64,000 nt of DNA from an uncultured bacterium (lineage in GTDB: Bacteria > UBA8481), in assembly GCA_964499705.1 (NCBI GenBank), contig CAZCME010000005.1:62001-126000 (forward strand). The letters run 5' to 3'. The notes under the pieces were generated by a model. It was not told the DNA's origin and made no database searches. It saw only the letters and a list, made by a program, of their open reading frames with translations. Below are positions 39,652 to 50,035 of the stretch, in pieces; the stretch's first letter is position 1, and every line of letters starts with the position of its first letter. The position numbers and the translations under genes are program-made.

Positions 39652-41472
39652 TCATTCTTTCTTCAGCATCGTTATCGCGCCACGAATTCTCGCCTTGACC
39701 TCGGTATCCGTCACGCCCATGAAATCGACGATCGAAGGATCAGGATGATCGACCATCCGCCCGAGTTCGACGGCGCCTGATTCTCCGAGTGCCCTGATCG
39801 CACTTGCGGCATTATTGCTGTACTGATTACTCCCTATTTCCGCCGTCAGCCAATATAGGCCCGTGATGAGGATGGGGAGCGTTCTCGTATCATGAAGCTG
39901 TCCGACAGAAATGGCGATCGTTTCAAATTCGCTCCTGAAACGGACTATGAAAGGCTTTGCCATCGGAAGTAGCACCTTTGGATCCAGATTCGCATCGATG
40001 AGAATAAGAGCGCGAAAGGCCCCGGACGCGACGGCGGGATAAGTTTCCGTATCCTTGATGATGCCGCGAAGGCGATCTTCGAGGGCCGGCGGCACCTTGC
40101 CGATTTTCACGATGGCTTCCATGGATGCCTGCGCGAGGAATTCGTGCTCGTGGAGCATTTCGACGAGATTCGCGACTGCCGGCGAAGCTTGCGGACCGAT
40201 TTTTCCCAGCGCGCGGGCGACCGCGATGCGGAGATTGATCGCGGCGTCGCGACCGGTTAATTTCATCAGCTCCGGAACGGCTTCGGCTGCCGCCGGCCCG
40301 AATTCCGCGAGCCCGTTGACCGCCGCGATCTTCGTCGGATCTCTGGCATCCGATAGAAAATCCACTAATGCGGGAACGACAATATCGGGCCGGGACTTTA
40401 TGGGTCCGAGCGCATGCAAGGCGGCCTCGGCGAGCTCCAGGTTTTTCGTCTGACTGATCACCTGTTTGATTCCGATTTCGCTTCCCGCCTCAATTCTTCT
40501 TCCTTCGATCATCTTGAGGAGCCGCGGCACCGCCGCCTCACTCGCAGGTCCGATTCTGGCGAGGGTCTGCACGGCAAATGTCTTCGACATCTCGCTGGCC
40601 GATGAATTGTCCAGAATAGCCAGCAGACCTGCGACTCCGCCGCTGCCGAAGCCCGCCATCGCTTCCGGAATCCATGAGGCAGGGGCGCTCACCAGCCTCT
40701 GCTGCAGGCTCGAAACCAGAAAAGATTTCTCTTCGGCGGAAAATTCCATGGATCCGGGCCATCCATCATCGAGCCGATTCGTGACTCCGGATGCGAGATC
40801 GCGGTGGATCACGCGATACAAACCATCTCCGATATCAATGAGAATCCGGGCGTCTGTATCGTTCGCCTGGTAATAGATCCTGTCGAGATCGACACCGGAT
40901 CCCAAGGGTAAATTCCACGATTCGATTTTCAGGCCGGGTATTTTCCTCACCGTCACAGGCCGGGGCGATGTCACCTCGCTTCGAAATATCTGAAGAGCGA
41001 TCTCGGAAAGTTCCTGTTCATTCATCAATTCGATGAGGGGCCGGGCTCCCCAAAGAGTGTTCCACGGAAGCTCCGATCCGAACATTCCATGCGAAAGATA
41101 TGGAAGAATCACAAATGAAAACACGGTGGCAAACACAGGCAATATGACCGCCACGGCTATCTTTTTCCTTCTGAGACGAGCCCCTTCTTTTCGCTCCCGA
41201 GCTTCCAACCTGAGCGATTCGATCATCAGGTGTTCAAGCCGGTCCAACTTCGCGGAATCCGGCTTAGGCGCAAAGGATGCTGTCGACAGCGCCGGCTCGG
41301 CGAAGATCGGCGATAAATTCGGATCATCCGTCGCCCGCCCCCATACTTGTTGTCCCTCCGGACAAACGAGGGTCTCCGAATTCACAGTCCGATCTGAAAT
41401 CTTCCCGCGGATCTCGGAGATGGTGAAAGGGCCCTGTGTCTCACCAGACGAGGAATGGATCCACCAGTTCAT
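39652..41472 (-). CDS. GYF_2 (DUF4339-like), TM and HEAT-repeat protein
   Basis: WW......GPF...TLVCPEGQQVW, one TM, and repeated LARIGP/LGPIK/LAEFGP/LGKIGP...AVP.L units. Confidence 0.8.
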   Translation of the reverse strand: MNWWIHSSSGETQGPFTISEIRGKISDRTVNSETLVCPEGQQVWGRATDDPNLSPIFAEPALSTASFAPKPDSAKLDRLEHLMIESLRLEARERKEGARLRRKKIAVAVILPVFATVFSFVILPYLSHGMFGSELPWNTLWGARPLIELMNEQELSEIALQIFRSEVTSPRPVTVRKIPGLKIESWNLPLGSGVDLDRIYYQANDTDARILIDIGDGLYRVIHRDLASGVTNRLDDGWPGSMEFSAEEKSFLVSSLQQRLVSAPASWIPEAMAGFGSGGVAGLLAILDNSSASEMSKTFAVQTLARIGPASEAAVPRLLKMIEGRRIEAGSEIGIKQVISQTKNLELAEAALHALGPIKSRPDIVVPALVDFLSDARDPTKIAAVNGLAEFGPAAAEAVPELMKLTGRDAAINLRIAVARALGKIGPQASPAVANLVEMLHEHEFLAQASMEAIVKIGKVPPALEDRLRGIIKDTETYPAVASGAFRALILIDANLDPKVLLPMAKPFIVRFRSEFETIAISVGQLHDTRTLPILITGLYWLTAEIGSNQYSNNAASAIRALGESGAVELGRMVDHPDPSIVDFMGVTDTEVKARIRGAITMLKKE

Positions 41473-41929
41473 GGCGGATTCAAGTTGCCGGGATTTCTGT
41501 CGTCACAACCGGTCTACGGACACACTCCAGAAGTCACCTCTTCCAGACGAAAGATAGCAAAAAGAAGGGAATGAGGCCACGGGAGAATCAAGGGGACGTC
41601 CGCGGAAAATGGGGAAAATAGTTTTCGTATGATGAAACTTCACCGCCAGCCCGAAAAAGGCGGGGCATGCCAACAAAACAGGGCCACCGTGAAAACCGTG
41701 GACGGGCAATAGCGACCCGCCTACCTGGCCCAAAGCGCGACGATGACTGCTTTGAAATATCGCATTGAATGGCACGATGTATTCCCCCGTCACCGAAATA
41801 CTAAGATTCGGCTCGCGCCACAAGAGGCTTGCTTTTCGTCGACAGAAGCGGCCGGATTCCGACTGGCGGCTGAGCCTCAATCCGGCCGGGCGCCTCGAAA
41901 ACGCTCCGCACGGACGAATAATGCTCGTG

Positions 41930-42024
41930 GATCGGCAATAATCGACGATACATGTATTCTTGCCGATCTGATAATATATTCATCAGATCGGCAATTATTG
42001 CTTCACATGCGTTCTTTGCCGATC
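41930..42024. promoter_or_regulatory. Tandem palindromic operator-like array
   Basis: GATCGGCAA-N21-TTGCCGATC occurs twice with a 56-bp period (41930-41968 and 41986-42024). Confidence 0.7.
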
Positions 42025-42036
42025 TATAGTGTCGCC

Positions 42037-43455
42037 ATGTTCTACGGAAGAGACCACGAGCTGAAGCTGATCAAAACGGCCATCGATTCGCCACGGGCCG
42101 AGCTCGGCATTGTCTACGGCCGGCGCAGGGTCGGCAAAAGCGCCCTTCTGACAGAGCGCGGGATTCGAAAAGGCGATCTTCACTTCGAGGCTCTGCAAAA
42201 GCTCTCCACGAATAAACAGATCGGGCATTTCACCGATCAACTGGCCAGGCAGACGAGAATGCCCAGGATTCTCGCTCTGAACTGGAAAGACGCGTTCGAC
42301 GCCCTGACGCTTCATATCAGGAAAGGCCGGCGTTACGTCGTTCTCGACGAGTTTCCCTGGATGGCGTCCGGAAGAACGGAGCTCGTCTCTTTGCTCAAAT
42401 ATTACTGGGACAACGAATGGAAAAAGAATCCCGGGCTGACGCTGGTCCTGTGCGGTTCCGTGACAAGCTTCATGCTGAAACATCTGGTTCATTCCACGGC
42501 CCTGCACAATCGAAAAACTTTCGAGATCAAGCTGGACTCCCTTCCCGCCCATGAGGCCGCGCTCTTCTTCAAGCGGAAACGCTCCGATTTTGAGATCGCG
42601 AAGTTCCTGATGATCTTCGGCGGTATTCCGAAATATCTCGAGCAGCTCGACCCCGCGGAGTCATTGGCCGCCAACATGGATCGACTCTGCTTCACGAAAA
42701 ATTCCTTCTTCCTGACGGAATTCGAAACCCTCTTCAAGGAACAGTTCAAGGTCATAAGGACCTACGAATCGATCGTTGAAGCCCTCGCCGATCGCTCCTC
42801 TTCGAAAGAGATCCTGGCCAAGCGCCTCGGCATGAAGCCCGGAGGAGGATTGTCAGGCTATATTCAGGCGCTGGAGGAGGCGGATTTCGTGAGAGTCTTT
42901 TCGCCGGCCGATGTGATGGGCGCGGGTAAAAAGACCAAAAAGATCGTTCTCCGGGACGAATGGCTCCGCTTTTACTTCTCCTACGTCAAGCCGAACCGAA
43001 AAATCATCGAACTCAACTCCAGACCGGGACTCTTCGCGCGTCTGACCGAAACGAGCCTGGATATTTACTTCGGGCTGGCCTTCGAGCAATTCTGCATGAA
43101 GAACCTGACGAATCTTCTCGCTCACACGGGGATCAATCTCGATAAAATCATCGGCTACGGCCCTTTTTTCCGACAGCCCGGCAGAAAAAAGCGGAAATCC
43201 GAGGGGCTTCAGATCGACATTCTGCTCCATAGGCGGGGTCACATTCTGACGGTGATCGAGTGCAAATTCCAGACGAATCCCGTCGGCTTGTCCGTCATCC
43301 GCGACGTCGAAAAAAAGATCTCGCTTCTCAGGCCAGGAAGAATTTACACGGTGGAGAAGATCCTGGTATCCGCCGGGCCGGTCTCGCGCGAAGTTCACCA
43401 AGGCAGCTACTTCCACAAGATTCTCGGTCTCGAGGCGTTGCTGACAAGAGCTTGA
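42037..43455 (+). CDS. Archaeal-type ATPase (ATPase_2/DUF234-like) with wHTH and probable C-terminal PD-(D/E)xK domain
   Basis: FYGRDHEL, YGRRRVGKS, LDEFP, LCGS, GGIPKYL and QIDIL...IECKF. Confidence 0.88.
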   Translation: MFYGRDHELKLIKTAIDSPRAELGIVYGRRRVGKSALLTERGIRKGDLHFEALQKLSTNKQIGHFTDQLARQTRMPRILALNWKDAFDALTLHIRKGRRYVVLDEFPWMASGRTELVSLLKYYWDNEWKKNPGLTLVLCGSVTSFMLKHLVHSTALHNRKTFEIKLDSLPAHEAALFFKRKRSDFEIAKFLMIFGGIPKYLEQLDPAESLAANMDRLCFTKNSFFLTEFETLFKEQFKVIRTYESIVEALADRSSSKEILAKRLGMKPGGGLSGYIQALEEADFVRVFSPADVMGAGKKTKKIVLRDEWLRFYFSYVKPNRKIIELNSRPGLFARLTETSLDIYFGLAFEQFCMKNLTNLLAHTGINLDKIIGYGPFFRQPGRKKRKSEGLQIDILLHRRGHILTVIECKFQTNPVGLSVIRDVEKKISLLRPGRIYTVEKILVSAGPVSREVHQGSYFHKILGLEALLTRA

Positions 43456-43608
43456 ACCACCGTGCGGCGAACGATCGAGTCAATAACTCGTGGAGGGTGT
43501 GGAACCCGATGAAGTCGAAGATGATCGCGAAGGCGTTTTCGGGCACGGGGTCGACGACGATGTCACCGACGAAGCCTCGCTCCTCGAAGCGGCCAAGTAG
43601 GGCAGCCC

Positions 43609-44715
43609 CTATGGCAAGAATTCCTCCGTCTTCTTCAGTTTCCGCGGCAGGTATTCGTCGATCACGTAGTTGAGCCCCCACTTCGCGAGCGCCTGCTGTT
43701 CGGCGCGGACTCCCATGCCCAGCAGCTGGTCGATCGCCTTTTGCCAGGGCTTGTGCTTCTGGAAGAACGGGTCATTCTTCAGGGCATCCTGCGCGCGCTT
43801 GATGTCGACGTCCTTCAGGGGATGCGTCGGGAGCTTGTAGTCGACGATGTCCTGGGGCGTGACGCCGAGATAGGAAGCGGTCGGGACGGAAAAGAAGCGG
43901 GAGATATGGGCGGCATTACCGGAACCGACCTTCAGGGACCGGTAGATGTTCGCGATGCCGTACGGGTCGCAGTCGACGAAAGCATAGACCGGGATTTTCT
44001 TTTCCTCGGACAACCGGCGAAGGAACCGGCGGCAGGCGCGCGACGGGACGCCTCCCATGTTCACGATGATGCACCCGGCCTTCTTCCAGAACTTGTGCGC
44101 CGCCAGGCGCTGAAACATACCTCCCGTCTCGATGACGAGGATGAACTTCGCCTTCGTCTCGAACCCGAGATGCTCCACGGATGACGGGATCGAATACGCG
44201 CCCGACCCGAACGATGTGCAGTCGATCCGGATCGTCTTCTTCGTCTCCCAGTCGCGATCGATGACCGTGAGGGCGCCCGCTATCTCGCCGCCTTTCTCCT
44301 CGGGGTAGAACCGGAGCTGTTCGCGGGAGAGATCCGAGCTGGAGAAGAGCGCCTCGATGTCATCCATCACCGTATCGGATTCCTCCTGCGAATCGAAGCG
44401 CGCGTCCTCCCAGTTCTTCGACTGGTAGTACGCGTCCCTCTTGGTGGCGAAGTCGTCGGTCTCGACGAGCTCCTTCGAGAGCGCCATCATCCGCATCGTC
44501 TGCGCGAAAGTCCGGACGGTCCCGACGGTCAACGTGCGCGTCTTCTTCTGCCGCCCGATCTCGAAGTAACCCTTAGCCTTGTCATACTTGACATTCGAAA
44601 GCGAGCGGACCGGAAAGGAAATCTCCGGCTTCTTTTTCCGCATGATCTCCCCGTAGACGTTCTTCGCCGCGCCGAGAATGCGCTGGATGACGGGTTCCTG
44701 CTTGTCGTTTTTCAT
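43609..44715 (-). CDS. top6A: DNA topoisomerase VI subunit A (Spo11-like)
   Basis: TKRDAYY (catalytic Tyr region), QEESD...DDIE, TOPRIM VIETGG and DCDPYG, and RAEQQAL. Confidence 0.95.
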   Translation of the reverse strand: MKNDKQEPVIQRILGAAKNVYGEIMRKKKPEISFPVRSLSNVKYDKAKGYFEIGRQKKTRTLTVGTVRTFAQTMRMMALSKELVETDDFATKRDAYYQSKNWEDARFDSQEESDTVMDDIEALFSSSDLSREQLRFYPEEKGGEIAGALTVIDRDWETKKTIRIDCTSFGSGAYSIPSSVEHLGFETKAKFILVIETGGMFQRLAAHKFWKKAGCIIVNMGGVPSRACRRFLRRLSEEKKIPVYAFVDCDPYGIANIYRSLKVGSGNAAHISRFFSVPTASYLGVTPQDIVDYKLPTHPLKDVDIKRAQDALKNDPFFQKHKPWQKAIDQLLGMGVRAEQQALAKWGLNYVIDEYLPRKLKKTEEFLP

Positions 44716-44732
44716 CGACAACTTGCCTTATT

Positions 44733-45204
44733 CATATTGTTCATCAGCCATTGTTCGATCGTCATTTTTCATTGGACCTTCGAATCCTTTTTCTGACCGT
44801 CGAAATCGACGCTGTCATGATTTTCGCCAGTTGCTGGTTTTCCTCCATAATGGAAGCCAGTTGACGCGAATGCACAAGATCGCTCTTACCAATGATACGA
44901 AGCCAAACGAGCGTTTCATTCAATTCCTTAAGTACGATGCACAATTTATGGGTAAAATCCTGATCACTCTCGGACGATCGCGCCTCCGCGTAATTCGGCG
45001 CCGGCGATGTGCCGAACCGAAGTATCTGAGCCGCGATATGTTTCCCAGCCAGGGTTTTCGGCAACGAGCCCGCCAGACGTATATTTCTCACTGCAAATTC
45101 AACCAGACGCTCTTCCAGATCATCCGCCTTAGATCGCTCAACCATGCGCCGCACTCCCATCACAATGACAAATGGCGATTGAACAATGACTGATGAACAA
45201 TGTG
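44733..45204. mobile_element. Inverted-repeat-bounded cassette carrying a four-helix-bundle gene, inserted between top6B and top6A
   Basis: 42-bp arms at 44733-44774 and 45163-45204 with 37/42 complementarity and a CATTGTT-like 7-mer periodicity; the interior is more AT-rich than the flanks. Confidence 0.65.
44762..45145 (-). CDS. Four-helix-bundle protein (23S rRNA intervening-sequence protein family, bAvd-like fold)
   Basis: DLEERLVEFA, QILRFGTSPAPNYAEA, ESDQDFTHKL and KELNETLVWL. Confidence 0.92.
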   Translation of the reverse strand: MVERSKADDLEERLVEFAVRNIRLAGSLPKTLAGKHIAAQILRFGTSPAPNYAEARSSESDQDFTHKLCIVLKELNETLVWLRIIGKSDLVHSRQLASIMEENQQLAKIMTASISTVRKRIRRSNEK

Positions 45205-45208
45205 CAGC

Positions 45209-46984
45209 TCATTCGATCGTCCTCGATCGTTCGAGCACATCGGTCAGGTTCGTCACCACTTTTTTCGTCTGCGTATCGGACAATGCCAGGATCACCTTCA
45301 AGGCCTCCGCAAGCTGGGGTATATACGTCTTGATGTACGACTTCTTCTTCTCCGCGTCCGCGATCCGCGCCTTCTTCCCGAGATAGAGCCCCAGACGGCG
45401 GCCGCATTCCTGCAGCGCGAGCTTCATCTCCTTCAGGATCTCCGGATACGACGCGATCGCCTCCTTCGATTCGCTCGTGAACGGAACCCACGCGGAGGCG
45501 ATGTGGACGGCGATGACCAGCGGTCCGATCGGGAGGGCGCCGCCCGGCTGCTGCAATCCGTAGGCGCGCCAGTTCGTCGACGTCACGCCTTTCGTGACGG
45601 AGCAGGCCGCCTGCTGATACTGCAGGGGCACGCGATTGGCGAAGCGGATCAATTCCGCGCCGTCCTCCAGGGACCTCCCCTCGCCGCCCCACGACAGCGC
45701 GGCCTCGATGCAGAACGGATTGCCGCGGTAGACGGCGGGCGGGCGGGAGATCGACGTCGTGAATTCCGCGCCGGGAACGACACGCTTCAGGCCTTCGAGC
45801 ATCAGCTCCTCGCCGATCGGCGAGAGGCAATTCGTCGGCGGCCGCTGGATCTTCGTGGCCTGGATGGAGCGATAGAGCGCGTCCGCCTGCGGGGTGGAGA
45901 GATGTTTCGGCGATGAGGACGAATCAAGCTTCGCGCCGCCTATGATTTCATCCGCGACGGTCGGCCCGACGCGGGAGAATTCGCTCATCAGGAATCCGCG
46001 GATGTTGCGCGCCTTGGTGCCTTTCAGCATCTGGATGAGAATGCCCAGCTCCACGCCGTACGGATGCGGCTTGATGGCAACCGCCTCCGGCGGCGCCGTG
46101 TTCGTCGCGCGGGGCCACTCGTTGGCGTTCTCCGGAGATTTGTACCGGATCGTGACGTGCGGATTGGCGACGAGCACCTGCTCGAGATATTCGTCCACCG
46201 AGCGCTTGCCGCGATGGAAGATGCCTTCGAGATCGATCTCGACGCGCGTGCCGTGAGCCTTCGATACGCCCTGCGATCCCGCATGCGCCGCGTCAAGACG
46301 CTCCCACTTGATCTCCTCGTCCTTGTGGACGACCGGCATGTTCTTCTTCGCGTCGATGTGGATCTCGAAGTAATGGGCGGGGCGCTTCGCTCCCGTTTTC
46401 GACGTGATGCGGCAGGAGGCTCCGGTCGTCAGCTGGCCGTACATCGCGGCCGCCGAGATGCCGATCCCCTGCTGGCCCCGGGACTGCTTCAGGCGGTGGA
46501 ATTTCGAGCCGTACAGGAGCTTGCCGAAGATCTTCGGGATCTGAGCCCGGACGATCCCGGGCCCGTTGTCCTCCACGATGACGGTGTATCGCTCCTTCGC
46601 GTTGGGAATCTCCCGGATCTCGACAATCACCTCCGGGATGATGCCCGCCTCCTCGCACGCATCGAGCGCGTTGTCGACGGCTTCCTTCACGGTCGTCAGC
46701 AGCGCCTTGCGAGGATTGTCGAAGCCGAGGAGATGCCGGTTCTTCGTGAAGAATTCGGCGACGGATATTTCCCGCTGCGACGCGGCCATGTCCTGCGCCG
46801 TGCGGCGGCGAGGCTCTTTTTTCAGCGGCGCCGGCGAAGGTTCCGTCGGCACCGGAGCCGGCGCTTCGGGAACAGCTTTGTCGGAAACCGGCTTCGCAAC
46901 CGGCTTGAGCTTGGATGCGGGCTTTTGTTTTGTGGGCTTCCTGACCGGTTTCGACGGTTTCTTCGCAGCTTTCTTCTTCGGCAT
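45209..46984 (-). CDS. top6B: DNA topoisomerase VI subunit B with a Lys/Pro/Ala-rich N-terminal tail
   Basis: [48 protein letters not shown] and [10 protein letters not shown]. Confidence 0.96.
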   Translation of the reverse strand: MPKKKAAKKPSKPVRKPTKQKPASKLKPVAKPVSDKAVPEAPAPVPTEPSPAPLKKEPRRRTAQDMAASQREISVAEFFTKNRHLLGFDNPRKALLTTVKEAVDNALDACEEAGIIPEVIVEIREIPNAKERYTVIVEDNGPGIVRAQIPKIFGKLLYGSKFHRLKQSRGQQGIGISAAAMYGQLTTGASCRITSKTGAKRPAHYFEIHIDAKKNMPVVHKDEEIKWERLDAAHAGSQGVSKAHGTRVEIDLEGIFHRGKRSVDEYLEQVLVANPHVTIRYKSPENANEWPRATNTAPPEAVAIKPHPYGVELGILIQMLKGTKARNIRGFLMSEFSRVGPTVADEIIGGAKLDSSSSPKHLSTPQADALYRSIQATKIQRPPTNCLSPIGEELMLEGLKRVVPGAEFTTSISRPPAVYRGNPFCIEAALSWGGEGRSLEDGAELIRFANRVPLQYQQAACSVTKGVTSTNWRAYGLQQPGGALPIGPLVIAVHIASAWVPFTSESKEAIASYPEILKEMKLALQECGRRLGLYLGKKARIADAEKKKSYIKTYIPQLAEALKVILALSDTQTKKVVTNLTDVLERSRTIE

Positions 46985-47088
46985 GTCCCCATTGAAGCGA
47001 GCCCGCGCTCCGCGTGCAAGAATAAATCTTGAAGTTATGCACACCTCTTCTGTTGCTCCCGTCGATCGCCTCGTAGAGAATTCCCTCC

Positions 47089-47754
47089 ATGATCTCCACC
47101 GTTCTCTTCGACGCCGGCAACACGCTCGTCTGGGTCGACCATACGCTCATCGCGGCCACGGCCGGGATCCCCGATCCGGAGGATGTCCGCAAGGCGGACC
47201 GCGCGCTCCGGCAGGCCATGAACGATCATCTCCTCAACAAGTCGACGGAATCCTGCGACTTCTTCCAGGCGTATCACGGAGGCATGCTCCGCGATGCCGG
47301 ACTTCCCGCGGGCGAAATACCCGCCGCGCTGGAGCGGCTCCGCAAAGTGGACAGGATCCTCTCGCTGTGGCGGCGCGCCAACCCGGAAGCGCGGCCCGCG
47401 GTCAAGGCTCTGAAGGCGAAAGGCATCCGCGTCGGCATCGTTTCCAATTCCGACGGCCGCTGCTCCACACTGCTGGAAGCGTGCGGGCTCGACGATCTCT
47501 TCGAGATGATCATCGATTCTCACATCGTCCAGATCGAGAAGCCCGATCCCCGGATCTTCCTGCTCGCCTGCGAGCGCATGGGTATCCGGCCGGAGAATAC
47601 GGCTTATGTCGGAGACATCCCGTGCGTCGACGTCACGGGCAGCCGGAGCGCGGGGCTGACGCCGATCCTCTACGATCCGCTCGATGCGTTTCCCGAATGG
47701 AAGGACTGCGCGCGCATCCGCGACCTGCGCGCCTTGCCGAAAATCCTGGAATGA
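47089..47754 (+). CDS. HAD-family hydrolase (subfamily IA)
   Basis: [20 protein letters not shown] and YVGDIPCVD. Confidence 0.9.
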   Translation: MISTVLFDAGNTLVWVDHTLIAATAGIPDPEDVRKADRALRQAMNDHLLNKSTESCDFFQAYHGGMLRDAGLPAGEIPAALERLRKVDRILSLWRRANPEARPAVKALKAKGIRVGIVSNSDGRCSTLLEACGLDDLFEMIIDSHIVQIEKPDPRIFLLACERMGIRPENTAYVGDIPCVDVTGSRSAGLTPILYDPLDAFPEWKDCARIRDLRALPKILE

Positions 47755-48497
47755 AAATCCTGTACTGCGGCGATGGGCCGGTCGAAGGCGCGGCGAGATA
47801 CCTGACCGGCATATTGCGCATGCTCCACGCCGACGTGACGCATTTTCTTCCCAAGGAACCTTTGACTTCCCGCGTCCTGAAGAAGCGCTATGACGCGATT
47901 CTCCTCAGCGATTATCCTTCCTCCAGCGCATCCGAGCCCATGCAACGCCTGATCCTCGAACAGTGCGCCGATGGATCGGGCCTCGCGATGATCGGCGGCT
48001 GGGCCTCATTCACAGGGCTCGACGGGCTCTGGCATGGCTCCGCGATCGAGGACGCTCTGCCCGTGAAAATTCTCGCCCGCGACGACCGGCACAACATCGC
48101 CGGAGGACTCCTCGTCACGAAGATGCGGAATCATCCGATCCTCCGGGGAGTCTCCTTCCGGACTTCACCCGTGATCTGCGGGTTGAATGAAGTGATCGCC
48201 AGGAAAGATTCCACGCTCATCCTGGAAGCAAGGCCGATCAGGACCGAAATTCAGGCGTCCGGACGAGTGAAGATCTCGCTGGCCCGGAACCGCATGCCGC
48301 TTCTTGTCACCGGGAGGTATCACAAGGGGCGAACCGCGGCCTTCGCGACGGATCTGGCTCCGCATTGGTGCGGCGGCCTTGTCGACTGGGGTTCCGCCGG
48401 CAAAACGCTGCCCGTATCGCCGGGTAACAACATCGAGGTGGGAGACTGCTACATCCATTTCGTCGCCAACCTCGTGAAGTGGCTCGCCGCGCGGTAA
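47751..48497 (+). CDS. Class I glutamine amidotransferase-like protein (GATase1-like)
   Basis: YDAILLSD, GLAMIGGWASFTG, LPV, GRTAAFATDLAPHW; ATGA overlap with the HAD gene. Confidence 0.8.
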   Translation: MKILYCGDGPVEGAARYLTGILRMLHADVTHFLPKEPLTSRVLKKRYDAILLSDYPSSSASEPMQRLILEQCADGSGLAMIGGWASFTGLDGLWHGSAIEDALPVKILARDDRHNIAGGLLVTKMRNHPILRGVSFRTSPVICGLNEVIARKDSTLILEARPIRTEIQASGRVKISLARNRMPLLVTGRYHKGRTAAFATDLAPHWCGGLVDWGSAGKTLPVSPGNNIEVGDCYIHFVANLVKWLAAR

Positions 48498-48664
48498 CGC
48501 TCCGGGGCCGGCACAACTTCAGTTCGTTTCCGCACAATCCCGGGTCACACCGCCTTCCAATGCATTATTTTTCACGCTTCTCTCTCCGGCATGCTTCCTG
48601 CGATATAATTTAACTCGGACGCGCGTGTTCTGCTCGCCGGCATGTTTCACGGACGGAGGCCCGC

Positions 48665-49036
48665 ATGAAGAAGATCCTCATCATCGACGACGAAATGCAG
48701 ATCCAGACGCTCATCAAGGAGCTTCTGAACCATGACGATTTCATCTTCGAAGCCGCGCGCGACGGCGCGGACGGCGTCGCGCGCGCCAAGGCCGTTCCAC
48801 CCGACCTGATCATCACCGATCTCATGCTGCCGAAGATGCACGGCTTCGAAGTGATCCGGATCCTGAAGGCCGACCCCGCGACCGCGGGAATCCCGATCAT
48901 CGTCCTCTCGGCAAAGGTCTACGTGCCCGACCGCCGCAAGGCGCTGGACCTGGGCGCGAACGATTTTCTGGAGAAGCCTTTCAACATCGACGAACTCACA
49001 AGCGTCATCGAACGGCATCTCGCGGTGGCGGCATGA
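48665..49036 (+). CDS. Single-domain response regulator
   Basis: LIIDDE, DLMLPKMHG (phospho-acceptor Asp), LSA and EKPF. Confidence 0.93.
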   Translation: MKKILIIDDEMQIQTLIKELLNHDDFIFEAARDGADGVARAKAVPPDLIITDLMLPKMHGFEVIRILKADPATAGIPIIVLSAKVYVPDRRKALDLGANDFLEKPFNIDELTSVIERHLAVAA

Positions 49037-50031
49037 AGGTCAAGTTCTGGGGCACGCGGGGATCGATCGCCACACCCGGGCTGGAGACGTACCGCTACGG
49101 CGGAAACACGCCCTGCGTCTCCGTTCGACACAAGGGATCGTTTCTCATCCTGGATGCCGGCACCGGGATCAGGAAGCTGGGAATGTTTCTCCAGAAGTCG
49201 GCATCCGGCCTGCCCCTGGAGGTCCACATCCTCCTCAGCCACGTGCATTGGGATCACATCCAGGGCCTGCCCTTCTTCACGCCCTTCTTTGTTCCCGGCA
49301 ACGAGATCCACATTCACGGCCTGCCGCCCTCCGAGAAAACCCTGGAGCAGATCCTCGCGCTGCAGATGAACTCGGAATTCTTTCCCGTGGCGATGCGGGA
49401 TCTTCCGGCACGCATCATGGTTCATGACATCCACGAGGAGAAACTGCGCATCGGCCCGTTCACGATCACGTATGCCTTCCTGAATCACCCCGGCATCACG
49501 GCGGGATACAGGATCGAGGCCGGAGGAAAGATCGTGACATACGCCACGGACACGGAGCCGTATCGGCGACTGCTGGCCGATCATCATCCCTCGGCCAACG
49601 TCGGAGCCACCTACGGGATGAACCGCGACCTCGACATCAGCCACCTGGCGCAGGACGCCGACCTGTACATCGCGGACTCGCAGTACACGCCCGAGGAGTA
49701 CGTCAACAAGCACGGCTGGGGGCACAGCTCCTACTACGACGCCGTCCACCTCGCGCTCGAAGCGCGCGCGAAACGCCTCGCGCTCTTCTCGCATGATCCG
49801 ATGCACGACGACAGCGCGGTCGATCAGAAGGTCGCCGGCGCCCGCCGGCTCGCGGGAATATCCGGCTCCAACATGGACATCTTCGCCGCGGCGGAAGGGC
49901 AGGAGATCGACCTGGACGTGGCGGAAGCGAATCTCGGTGCCGGGAGCGGCCGCCAGGAATCAGGCGCGGGTGAACGATCGTGGCCAACAGCGAGCCAGAC
50001 GGGAAACAAGGACTTCACGTTCTACATCTGA
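49033..50031 (+). CDS. Metallo-beta-lactamase-fold hydrolase (phosphodiesterase-like)
   Basis: FWGTRGS, YGGNTPC, DAGTG, SHVHWDHIQG, WGHS and HDP. Confidence 0.9.
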   Translation: MKVKFWGTRGSIATPGLETYRYGGNTPCVSVRHKGSFLILDAGTGIRKLGMFLQKSASGLPLEVHILLSHVHWDHIQGLPFFTPFFVPGNEIHIHGLPPSEKTLEQILALQMNSEFFPVAMRDLPARIMVHDIHEEKLRIGPFTITYAFLNHPGITAGYRIEAGGKIVTYATDTEPYRRLLADHHPSANVGATYGMNRDLDISHLAQDADLYIADSQYTPEEYVNKHGWGHSSYYDAVHLALEARAKRLALFSHDPMHDDSAVDQKVAGARRLAGISGSNMDIFAAAEGQEIDLDVAEANLGAGSGRQESGAGERSWPTASQTGNKDFTFYI

Positions 50032-50035
50032 ATCC

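Noticed and set aside
44762-45145. Avd-like protein as evidence of a diversity-generating retroelement
   Set aside because: No reverse transcriptase and no TR/VR repeat pair were seen in the window.
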